DNA from: Macrostomum lignano
Lineage: Eukaryota
Length of the DNA stretch: 64,000 nt
Assembly: GCA_002269645.1 (NCBI GenBank)
Contig: NIVC01000938.1
Span: 73,278 to 137,277, forward strand
Direction: 5' to 3'
Shown here: positions 52,795-64,000 of the stretch, piece by piece
Position numbering within the stretch: position 1 is the stretch's first letter
Layout: each line of letters begins with the position of its first letter
Translations under genes and position numbers: made by a program
The notes under the pieces: model-generated
The model's input: only the letters and a program-made list of their open reading frames with translations
What the model was told of the DNA's origin: nothing
Database searches by the model: none

Positions 52795-53383
52795 CCAGAC
52801 TCCGGATGGTATATATGTACGCCGGAAAATTCCGGCGTACAGAGGGACCTAGATTACACATTGGCGTACAACTTGGCGTACAAAGGCGCCTGGCGTGCCC
52901 TCTTGGCGTACAGCTTGGCGTATAGAGATTGCCGAGACCAGCAGGTGGGACCAAAAGTTCCGAGTCCCAACAATCAATCTACATAATTAGCATACAAAAA
53001 TGATAAAGTTTGCATTTGGCATAGTTTCCATGTACATAGTTACAGTAGCTAAATTTTGATCAGAAAGAATGGCTGGCCCTTTACGAAAAAAACGGAAAAC
53101 TAAATTTAAAAAACCGGGCTTAACCTTTTCAAGAAAGTAAAAGTAAAACAAAATTAGTTAAAATGAACTAGTTCTCTATAGTTTAGTAAAAAATTTTTAG
53201 TTTTAACACATAGGTTGATCAAATATTAAAATTTTGCAAGCTTTTAATATTAGTTGTAGTTTGTAATTTCTATTTTGGCGTATTTTTGTATGAGATAAAA
53301 AGTTCGTTGGCGTACATTGGCGTGCATGAGCTACGGAAGCAATTTTCGTTCCGGCGTACAGCGGTACACGATCCTGACCCTGG
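52795..53383. mobile_element. hAT-type non-autonomous element
   Basis: Exact 8-bp TSD ATTGGTGA (52787-52794, 53384-53391); imperfect TIR containing TGTACGCCGGAA / TTCCGGCGTACA; internal GGCGTACA repeats. Confidence 0.8.
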
Positions 53384-55544
53384 ATTGGTGACAAGAAGTT
53401 TCATTGATAGATATTTCAGCAACAAGTCATATAGGCCTAGGCAACAAACATTGCAGTAACTTATAGCATAGGCCCTAGTAGAGTTCCTAACTTTATTATA
53501 ATTGTTTTATTGCATCACTAAAATATATTAGAAAAATTGCCATAAAATGTGCATTATTAGGCCTACACAATCTAGACTAAGGCAGTAGTGCTGTCTTATC
53601 TATTTTTCCTCCGAAATAAAACCATGCTACAATAAAAATAGAAGCCATTGTATTTGTATTGTATTTTGTAATCCATACAAATGTCAATGAAAGTATCCTG
53701 CCACCAAAAATCCCTATAAACTAAATCTCAAAGGTTTATATACTTGTGACTTTTTCTAAAGTCATTTTGATTCAAAGAAAGAATACACTTTTAACAAAGC
53801 CAACTGTTTCTCTGTTTTTAAAAATTCTAGAATATAATTGTTTGAAAAATTAGAATTTTCTTGCTTGTTAATTTTCTTGTTTCTTGCTTCTTCTCTATAG
53901 CATGGTGTGCTAGAAGGCCCAAGGGGCAGCATATCAAAGGGGCTAAGGGCAGCAGATGTATAATAATACACATATATCACTGAAGAGCAATGATCGCAAT
54001 TGTGTAAACCAAACATATGTATCTTTCTTTGTATTGTAATGTGGCCTGTGGCCTGTGGGCAAAATATGCAATATAGCAGAATCAGAAATAGCTTTTTTCA
54101 CTCTTGTTTCCATTTATTTAAAAAGAGCTCTTTTTAATCGATATTAGGCCTAAACTATACAATTTACACTAGGCCTAAACTTAGGCTATTTTGTACGCTA
54201 ACTATGCAAAATAATGTTAAAACTGAAAATTCTTTGCGCTAAGTACAACTGTATAATAAAAAATTCGAAAAAAACTTAGAAAATAATTTACGGTCGGGTA
54301 AGGAAAGATTACCCAACTGTACGCTTCGTTTATACATATTTATAAACAAAACTAAAATCAAAAGCCTACTATTCATAAGTTCAATTAAAAAATTGAAACA
54401 AATCAGTCAAGTTAGTACGCAGTCAAACCAGTCGTAAGTTAATGTCAAAAACAGATTCGTGTCGGAAACTCTCGCAGGCTCGTAGTTTTTTTTTATAATT
54501 TTTTACCAAAAAATTCTCATCACGTTTGAACTTTGGTTTGTTTCTTAGATGTACCAATTAAACCAAAAATTAAGAAGCTTTTATACAGTTACATTTTTTA
54601 GTTTTGAAGTTAATTCAAACACTGTCTAAAAGCATATTTGTGCGCAAACAAAAAGCTTCACTTAATATACGAAAATAGAAATTACGAAATATTTAAAATG
54701 TTAAACTCGGATATGACTCGCGACCATACAATAATTTAATTTGCATATGTAAATATTGAGTTAGATACTTACTTGGAGCCTACTTTGAGACTTCAAGATA
54801 TCGGAATCAAGAATGTATAAAGAAAAATACATAACCAGGAGGCTTTTCCTTACCGCCTATTGATTTTAGCAGAGGGTTTCCAATTTGTCGACAGATCGAG
54901 AGTGACTTTATCGCTTGCCGCCGACCTTCGGGATTAACATCATGCACATGTACTATTACAACTGTACTATTACTACTTAGTAGTTAGTACCAAGCTAGTG
55001 TAGATTGGCTGGCCAATCGCTGCTGGCCGCGATACGTGTTTGAGGGGGCGGGACCGTTGGGGGTCCTCGTCGTGTTTTTCGGTCTGGGGTTGGAGGGGTG
55101 CGTCGCGGCCTGTCGGGGATGGGTGTTAGTGGGGCCGTGTATTGTGCCAGCCTCGCCTTGTCTCGCTTATGTGCGTTTTATTTTTTAATCTCTAGTTTTT
55201 TAGCTCGCGCGATTATCCACTTGCTTACTCATCGCATCACAATGCAATTGCTAGTTTTTTCGCTTCATTAGAATTGTTTATATTAGCAAAATATACTCGT
55301 ATTTTTGTACTCTTCGCATATAGGACAGTAGGTTGTTGTTTTGCTCTGCAATATCGCTGTCTACTGCTTTCGCATTTTATTATAGTTTTGCATTAGAAGT
55401 CAGGGGGGTTGTTGTCAGGAGTATTCAAGATTCATTGAAGTAGTACTACTGGATTCCACCTAGACTATATCGACAGACATGGCGGCACTCCATTTGACAA
55501 GATCATTTTTCAAAAACCCACCAACCCCATACCAAAATGATTGT

Positions 55545-55552
55545 CTATAAAA
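55545..55552 (+). promoter_or_regulatory. TATA box candidate
   Basis: CTATAAAAG about 115 bp upstream of the signal-peptide exon ATG. Confidence 0.35.
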
Positions 55553-55660
55553 GCTTAGCAACCATTTTATCTATACTATGAAGTCAGAGATCTATACTAG
55601 AGCAATATAGTGTTCCCACACGGTCTGGTCTTTTCATATCCGATTACCCAACACGTCAAA

Positions 55661-56342
55661 ATGAGAATTCTACTGGTTGCGTTTGTCCTTGCTGCGTTCG
55701 TCATCAGTGAAACATTCGGCCTTTGTAAGTATACGTGTACATTATACAGTTTGCATATCATGTACTCGCATGCGTACGAATCTTCTGCAGCGCTTTGGTA
55801 CAGAATCCTTGATCACAATTTGCAGGCAGCTCAGGGGCATTTAAAAAAATGAACGCTACAGTCACGCTCATTGACTCTGTAACTCTGCCCACTTGCTAGT
55901 GTCGATATCCGCAGTGTATTTCTTAGAAAATTGGCCTTCAAAGATATTAAACGAGCTTCGAGTTTTTCGTCCTTGTCATACCCTGGTCTTTGACTACTAC
56001 TACTAACAGCACTACATGTCGCATATTCCAGTTTGCCCACGCGGCAAAGAGTTAAAGGGGAACGACGTAAGCCGCTATCAAAATCTGATTGGCAAATGCT
56101 GCACCATCCGCTTGAGAGGAACGCCGAGGCAAACTCTATGGATTTGGAGTCTACAGAGCCACGTCGCGTATGGGCAAAGCTGCAGTCCAAATTGGCTTGC
56201 TGAGGCTTGGCCAGAGCAAGTTCCTTCGAGTTCAGTTCCTGGCGATTCCTACAAGTCGGCAACTAAGCATCGTATTGTCAGTGACGCGGCTCCGGGCTAC
56301 AGCATGTCGTTTAGATTGTCGATGCCTAAATTAATTACCTGA
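55661..56342 (+). CDS. Candidate small secreted-protein gene (downstream exon structure unresolved)
   Basis: TATAAAA near 55546; 64-nt exon 55661-55724 encoding signal-peptide-like MRILLVAFVLAAFVISETFGL, then a strong phase-1 donor GTAAGT. A Cys-containing open frame (CPRGK..KCC..) runs to 56342. Confidence 0.4.
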
Positions 56343-56409
56343 ACGGTAAGATGCGTCTACCATAGTAGCACATTCTTTTGTCAGCGTCCATTATTTTTCG
56401 TAAAAATAA

Positions 56410-56425
56410 TCTTTAATAATTAATA

Positions 56426-56470
<45 letters not shown>

Positions 56471-56585
56471 TAATAAATAATAATAAATAATAATTAATAA
56501 TAATTAATAAATAATAATAAATAATAATAAATAATAATTAATAAATAATAATAAATAATAATTTCGTAATAATAATCTAAATAAT
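56410..56585. repeat. (AAT)n microsatellite
   Basis: Direct reading. Confidence 0.9.
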
Positions 56586-58065
56586 CTTCGTAAATATTTC
56601 CATAAAATCGTAAAGCTCAACATGAATTCCAACAGTCAATTGTTTCAGAAAACTAAAACTAAAGATTCTGCTCGAGCTGCTGATGAAAAATACGAGTAAA
56701 AACCTAAGTGAAATTTGGTGATGGTAACCAAAAACTAATCAGGACTTTAAGACTCAATTATAAGTTTAATAAATAAATATAACAAAAAGCTTTTGACTGC
56801 ATTGTAAATGCAGACTTAAAATTCAACAGATCCGACTCTAACTTATATTTGGTAGCATATACATGTACTTTTGTTTTTTAATTTGCTCTCAACGTATACT
56901 TCAAGACATGATCCGAACGTAGACATCCTAAGTATAAATTGTTATGCATTAATGCACATACATATATTATTCAATTCTATTGAAATCCTCCAAGCATTCT
57001 ACTTACAGCAGAATACTGGTTTATTTGCAAATTTGTTTTAATTTGTACATTTAATTGACCAACTCAGAATGCGAGCACGTTTTCTGGGACCATTCTGGAA
57101 CAGAGTGCAAGAAACAATTATTCCAATGAATAATGTTAACTGTAGATGCACAATCATTTATTGAATGTGAAAAATAAAGGAAAGTAGCGTTACAAACACA
57201 GTAAACACAAGAATTCGATTACAATACTCTTCTTACTTACATCCGCGAGGTTCTTAGCACTAGACTTTTATCACACAGCACTACTAGCTTTTCACTTTCG
57301 ACTCTTAATAAGATTTTAGTTTTTTGCGAAGGCTTGTTCTGGCATCAAGTTTAATTAAGAATAATCTAGAATTAAACCTGAGAATAAATCAGTGCTAGCC
57401 GAGTGCTCAAGAATCAAGATAGCAAATCAGAATGCGATATTCAATTATAGGGTTTGCTTGCGTTGTTATGAGCGTCGCAATGGCTCCAACTGATCGCACA
57501 CCTAGACCGTCGTCCAAATGAAAAGTGCAGCTTCGCTAACAATGCAACCATAATCTAATTATTGAACTCTTTCTCTTGAGAATAATTGCAAAGTCTGATT
57601 ACCTGCACAACAAAAAATGCCTTCCAATCTATTTAATGGAAATGGAGTTCTACAAGCTGGGACAAATAATCATTTCTCATCAAGGTTGGCTGAAATTCAT
57701 GTAAATTATCGGCGTAATCGGACGTGACACAGTGGCCGCCAGTTCCCTAATATGATTGCTAGTCTAGCAAACTGCAGATAGGCACTGTAAATGAAGAGAA
57801 TAGGCTTGTTCATTTACTTAATCTCGCTTAATTAAACGAACCAGCGCTTCTGATAACATTTGTCACAACGACAGCGAATCAATACGAGTTAATTTAAAAG
57901 CGTTGAGAGTACCGAGTCAGTGAATGTAGGCTAATCCGACGTAATCTCATCTGAGCAGCAGCCAGTGCCTGCTGTGTGGATATAACGGAGCTCGTCGACA
58001 AACTGAGCTGCACAGAGCCAGGAGTAGCTCATAACTAGTTTTGCAGCACTCAGATATTCTTTAAA

Positions 58066-60039
58066 ATGTTTGAGCTAATTCTTAACAACGGGCAACTGTC
58101 GAAGGCAGATCTGCACACTCAAAACGACATCACAAGCTTCCTGCAGGGCCCCAAAGAGTGGCTTACATTCGTCAATTGTATAGCCAACGATGATGTCGAG
58201 GACTTGCGAGTAGCTTCAAAGAGTTTTAATTGGAAAGAGTTTCTGAAGAGCTCCGACATTAATGCCATCTGGTCTGATTGCGAATCGAACTTTGCGCATC
58301 CATCAGCGATTGGTAACTCAAAGCATCCGTTTCCTACTAATCCGTTTTTTATTGCCATCTTCTACAATGCCCAGCGCTGTCTCCGGTTTATGAACGAATC
58401 CGACGTCGACTTCTCTAGGATCAGCGATAACGGCTTTACGGCGTATCACGTGCTGATGAGCGCGATTCGCTTCATGACTGACGAGAGCGCCGATTCCGCA
58501 TCAGGCTCGGGCATAACCGAAGAGTGCAAAAGTCTGTTAGCTCTGTTTCACAAGACTCTTTTCACGGCAGAGCAGCAACGCCGCATGCTAAATGTAACCT
58601 GCAAGCTCGGCATGGCCCCACTCAGTTGGGGAGTGTTTCTCGGCCTGGCAAACTACGTCGAGTACATCATGACATTCTGCGTTCCAGCCCCCGTCGTGAA
58701 TTCCGACGCTACTGGACTAAATGAACGCGTCAGCATTGACGTGTCCGAAATGACCGGCGATTATTCCAGCTTTTTCACAAGCCCAATTTGTGTCCTGGTC
58801 GACATGTACGGACAGAGCACTTTAGCGGAGATCAAGGCTCTTGGAATTTTCCGGACTGGCTTTATTTGGAAGCAGTGGGCCGAAGTGTTGTACATGCGCA
58901 ATCGCTTCTTCACCGCGCTGCTTCTGTCCAACGTAATTTTCCTCACCGCGGCAACGGTGTCAGTTGTTGGCGGCGGTGTCAACGATTTTCTTAAGGCCAG
59001 GTGTTCAGGTCGAGATTTTCCATTTCCAATAGGAGTGTTCCTCATCTTGGTTTACTGGTTCTTTTATGCTACATTTGGAACTGCCGCCAGCGGCTACAGT
59101 CTCTGGCGCAAAGAGCAGTACAGGTAAGTATAGAAACTTTAAATACGCTCGTGGTCCTGAAGGGATACTTAATTATAACGGTATTTAACCAATGTTTCTT
59201 CCAGAAGAAAAGTTGGCTATCCGATTGCGCCTAGGCATGCGCACGTTGACATGCTGTTTTGGTTCCTGCCGTGGATGCTGTCTATTCCCATCTCAACATT
59301 TCTCTTATGGCTTTACTCGGACACTGGCAACAGTTGCAGACTGCTGGGCGATCACATCTGCTCTGTGAGCGGCTGCTGCATTCTACTGTTGCTGCTTACT
59401 AGTGTATCGCTAATCGTTGCCTATCTCCGACTGGTCCCATCGCTTACAACCCTGATGACCAGTATGTACAAGAGCATTGGTACATTCACCGTGTTCATCA
59501 TGCTCTACTTGGTACTAACTGGCGTCTTCACACGCGTATTTCAAGTGCGCCTGTTCTCTGCTAGCAGCGATTATGTAGTTAGAAACAGCACCTCAATATC
59601 GGAGGAGAATAGTGGCCCAAAATCTGTCAACTTCTTCACCGCCTTTTATCGAACGTTTCTAGTGTCGCTAAACATTATCGATTCGAGCATGCTTTCACCA
59701 ACGGATGATCGAATCGACATGAGCATCACGCATATGATCTACATCCTGTTTGTACCTGTTCTGTTTCTAAACTTTGCGATCGGCATTCTGACATCGGTTG
59801 TAACGCACGTTCACGAGCACAGTCCAGAGAATCGCTACCTTCTCATATTGTCGGTGGCGGAGTTCTCCGAGATGATTTTGTCGCCAACTCGGTCGGCGAT
59901 AAGGAAACTAGTGGGAAGCAGCGGTGAACAGTTGGTGCTTCGTTGCTGCCGTCCAGTGAGTAGGCACAGCCGACTTCTGGCAGCCAACAATGAACGGCTC
60001 TCGGCTGTGCTTGAGGCCAAGAATTGTCAGCAGAACTGA
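58066..60039 (+). CDS. Divergent TRPV5/6-like cation channel, paralog A (630 aa)
   Basis: Exons 58066-59123 and 59205-60039 (81-nt GT-AG intron, in frame). Ankyrin-like N-terminus (PFFIAIFYNAQRCL, NGFTAYHVLM), six hydrophobic segments, pore helix FYRTFLVSLNIID, S6-like VPVLFLNFAIGIL. Confidence 0.75.
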
Positions 60040-60624
60040 TTTCACTGTTACTAACTAATACAGGCGACAATACTTGCTTGAATGAAAAAATGGGTCGCTT
60101 TCATAGGCTCAAAATTTTACATCGTCGAAGTCGGTACAGACGGAAAATTATTTTGTCGATAAGCCAGTTTTTTTTTACTTTCCTAACCTAGAAAATCAAA
60201 CACTTCAACGATGCAAAACGATGAGTTTTTGAAATGCCCCACGACTTTCAAAAGTGTATTTACGCTCGTATAAAGACAAAGTTCTGAAACATTTTAAGCG
60301 TATGCCCTTATTAAAAACATTTAAAGAGCTATAACCTATTAGATAGTTTTCATGACTGCAAGAGAAAATGTAAAGCTACACTCGAAAAATAACCTGCTGT
60401 TTTATGCCCCAACATGAAATTCTGGCATAAAAATCAGACATAACTGGTCAGCAGCAAATCAAATTCTGTCAGAGTATCAATATTGAACGGAGGGAGCTTT
60501 GAACCAATGAGACAGAAACGCAATAAATCTAATGCCTGCTCCAATTTTATTGTCCCTCTCTGATTGCTGGAGTGCAGCAGAGCAAAGTGAACGAGTTCTC
60601 CCAGCTATTAGAATTAGCTTATAA

Positions 60625-62617
60625 ATGACGGCAAAAGTAGCACCAAAATCTATGGATGGTAAAGAGACAGCCAAATTGCTAATGGATATTAAAAGAATTG
60701 TCAATAGCCGTTCGGAATGGCTGGCATTTGTAAAGTGCATCGCGACCGACAATGTTGACGACTTAAAAGCGGCCTCTCGGCGACTCAATTGGAAGAAGTT
60801 CTTACAGAGCTTCGACACTTCTGGTACCTGGTCGAATTGCGATCCAAACTTTTTGCACACGTCATCGATCGGTAACTCAAAGCACCCGTTTCCGACAAAT
60901 CCGTTTTTTATTGCCATCTTCTACAACGCTCAGCGCTGTCTCCGGTTTATGAACGAATCTGGCGTCGACTTTGCTGAGATTAAAGACAACGGCTTCACTG
61001 CGTATCACGTGCTGATGAGCGCGATTCGCTTCATGACTGACGAGAACGCCGGTTCCGCCTCAGGCTCGGGTATGACTGAAGAGTGCAAGAGTCTGTTAGA
61101 TCTGTTTCACAGGACCCTGTTCACGACGGAACAGCAACAGCGAATGATTCAGACCTTGTGTAGGTTCGGAATGGATCCGATGAGCTGGGGCGTGTTCCTA
61201 GGCCTGGCGAATTACGTTGAGTACGTCCTAATCTACTGCTCTCCAACTACTCTGGCTCACTCAGACACTGAAGGTCTTAATGAACGAATCTCGTTTGATG
61301 TGTCAGATTTTACTGCCGAGAATTTCTGCTTTTTCACCAGTCCTATCAGCGTTCTTGTAGATATCTACAGCCAGAGCACCTTGGCTGAGATCAAAGCGTT
61401 AGGAATCTTTCGTACCGGCTTTCTCTGGAAGCAGTGGACCGAGGCATTGTACTTGCGCAATCGAGTGTTCTTTGTTCAATTCTTGTTTGTTGCACTGATA
61501 TTTACATTCGCAAGTGCATTTTTCGCCGGATCGAACGTGTACGAATATTTAAATGATCGGTGTTCTGACAAGCCATTTACGTTTCCATACGGTCTACTTA
61601 CAATACTAATTGGCTGGATTACGCTTGGTTTCTTTGGCACCGTAGCAGTTGTTTACGGTTATATGCGCAAGGAACGCTATCGGTAAGCGAATTATTAATT
61701 ATCACACAGTTTCATCAAATCATTATTCACAAAGTTAAAACTGAAAATAAAAGTAAATTTTATCTCCTTTTAGGCGCTCTGTAGGATATCCCTGCTCGCC
61801 GCGAAAAAATGTCGGCGACATTCTTGGCTGGTACCTGCCGTACATCTTGGCCTTCCCGACATCAATTTTTCTACTCTGGATCTACCTTGACACTGAGCAC
61901 AGCTGCGCCTTGCTAGGTCAGCAAATTTATCCAGTTAGCGGCTGCGGCATCATGCTGCTTCTAATAGCGGGTTTCTCTCAGATGATCAGCTTCTTGCGGC
62001 ATTTGCACTGCCTAACAGCAATGATGAGTAGCCTCTATCGAAGCATGGTGACGTTCTCGTGGTTCTTCCTTCTCTACGTACTGCTCACTGGAGTTTTCGC
62101 TAGAATTTTTCAGTCTAGCTTTGCCTTCTCTAGAGCAGAAAATTCGACCACAACCCGACCGGATAATCTGGCCGAGTTTCTCAAGTCCTTCTATCAAACC
62201 TTTCTGGTTTCGCTTAACATCGTCGATGCAGAAAAGTTTTATCCGGCTAGCGATCGTATTGACCTAAACGTGACGCACGTATTCTACGTCTTGTTTGTTC
62301 CTGTGCTCTTCATCAACTTTGTAATCGGCATTTTGTCATCGATTGCCGCTCACGTGCAGGAACATAGCGTTGAGAACAGGTACATGCTGATGCTATCCGT
62401 GGCAGAGTTCGCTGAGACCACTTTCTTCCTAATCCACAAGCTATTAAGTAAGTGCTTTCGTCGGCGAGAGGTTCGTATAAAACTCTGCGGTCCTATTCGA
62501 AAGCAGAGCAGGCTTATAGTGAACTGCTATTGCTCATTCGAATCAGCAATCGATGCGCCATCGGACACGTGCGCGACAGGACACAGAGACAGCGAGAGTC
62601 GAAGCAGTCTGTTTTAA
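60625..62617 (+). CDS. Divergent TRPV5/6-like cation channel, paralog B (633 aa)
   Basis: Exons 60625-61682 and 61774-62617 (91-nt intron at the same position and phase as paralog A; first exon is 1058 nt in both). Pore FYQTFLVSLNIVD, S6-like VPVLFINFVIGIL. Confidence 0.75.
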
Positions 62618-63496
62618 CAATATCATGGCGTCGAAGAGCCGAGATCTCCTCCGATAGTTTGTCCGCATTGAAATTGATAATAGACATGCCATGTGCATGC
62701 AACCTGCATGCAATCTAAGCCGGCTAAATTACACCATAGGTAATACATAGTCCATGCAGATTTTTTGAAAATTTCTTGAAAATGTTTGTTTAACTATTAA
62801 TCCCGACGATATAAAATGACATAAATATACTGCTATTCTGAATTATTTCCTTAAAACACTGATTATAAAAAACAATTAGCACAGTCCTAACTCGAAAGGT
62901 CAGTTTATATACTATTGATTTGTCTGAATAATTTTTCTACTTTAAAATGTTAATGTTTGACTTTTCCACTAATCCGCTTGACTATTTACAATGTGTCTCT
63001 GTCACCCACTAATCAGATCGTTGCTGCATGCATATAAAGTCAATGGTATTAAGCAAACTTTTTTCGTAGCTTTAGCAATCGATAAAAATCTGATTTATGC
63101 AAAAATCCCTCTTTATTAGCAATCCCTTCCTCAGTGAGCTTCTGTAAACTCAATTATGCAAAACTGGGACAATATAATAGCCATTGACTTTGGCTTTGCT
63201 TGATTTACTTTCCATGAAAGTCTGTTTGCACTAGTCTTCACTGTATGCACCAGTGGTTAGAACTAAAAATAACAAAATTTGTCTCCGTCACTTTGCTCTC
63301 CGTCAAGGGATGACTTTATACTTTTTATTCATGTAGATGCATGATGCAATACAGTATTATTACCACTGCAATTAGTGAAACACAAATTTTGCTAATGTTG
63401 ATGAATCAGCTAATGCATATGCTACGTTCACATAAGCGCTGTGAGAATTACCTGAAAAAAAATTACCACCCGCTTGGTCAGGAAAAGCAATAATTG

Positions 63497-63845
63497 GGGG
63501 CCGTCGTCTAGGGGTCCAGCGCGCGCGGCGCTTTTATGTGCCAGCGGCCCAGGTTCGATTCCAAATGCAGTCACATTAATTTGGGGCTAAATTGGAATCG
63601 CGGTTTGGCTCTGCTTGTGCAATTAACGTCCTTGAGGGCAAACCCCAAGGCGCAGTGAAGTGTACATGCCTAACGATAAATAAAATTAGGGCGCTGTGCA
63701 CTCCTGTGTGAGTGTGTGCCTGTGCGTTTGACTGCGTACATATCCGCGCGCTTGTGTGCCTGCTCAGGGGAGTCGCGGAATGGGCAGCAATGCCTCTCGC
63801 CGGTTGTGTGACAATGTCGCTTAAAGTGTACAGCCCCTGCCTCAG
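63497..63845 (+). mobile_element. tRNA-derived SINE, copy 3
   Basis: B-box GGTTCGATTCC and the same body (GTGTGCCTGCTCAGGGGAGTC..GCAATGCCTCTCGCCGGTTGTGTGACAATGTCGC). Confidence 0.85.
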
Positions 63846-64000
63846 CTAACCAACAGGAAAAGCAGTCGACAGGAAAGGAGGCGACAGACACAGTGTACGA
63901 CGCTAAATCACGCGCAGGACACTAGAAAATGTCATGCAGTAACTTAAGCCGTTGTTGAAGCAAAATGGTCTCGAGCACCGTCTGAAACAAACGGAAGATG

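Noticed and set aside
56665-56710. Hammerhead ribozyme (CTGATGA core)
   Set aside because: No helix II plus GAAA and no cleavage triplet with pairing arms could be built.
63860-64000. Possible exon of a further gene at the right edge
   Set aside because: Too short, with no recognisable motif.

Overview
Eukaryotic (invertebrate) genomic DNA with GT-AG introns. The minisatellite-packed introns, tRNA-derived SINEs and a gene with no ATG of its own suggest a trans-splicing flatworm such as Macrostomum (inference only). Six protein genes lie head-to-tail on the minus strand: BCS1L, ACBD6, SOAT/ACAT, NUDCD3, a TMEM272-like membrane protein and ELP1 (11 exons recovered in frame; the gene runs off the left edge). 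Two tandem, divergent TRPV5/6-like channel paralogs lie on the plus strand at the right end, with a possible small secreted-protein gene before them. Most introns and intergenic gaps carry their own tandem repeat (4-62 bp units), and most long ORFs in the ORF track are artefacts of these. ELP1 introns also hold a decayed IS630/Tc1-like transposon with nested palindromic MITEs, piggyBac and Harbinger remnants, and SINEs. Best leads: BCS1L has no in-frame ATG and may take it from a spliced leader; a 31-bp array multiplies an ELP1 5' splice site; the six-gene cluster may be an operon; the TRPV pair keeps a TRPV5/6-like filter motif (NIID/NIVD).
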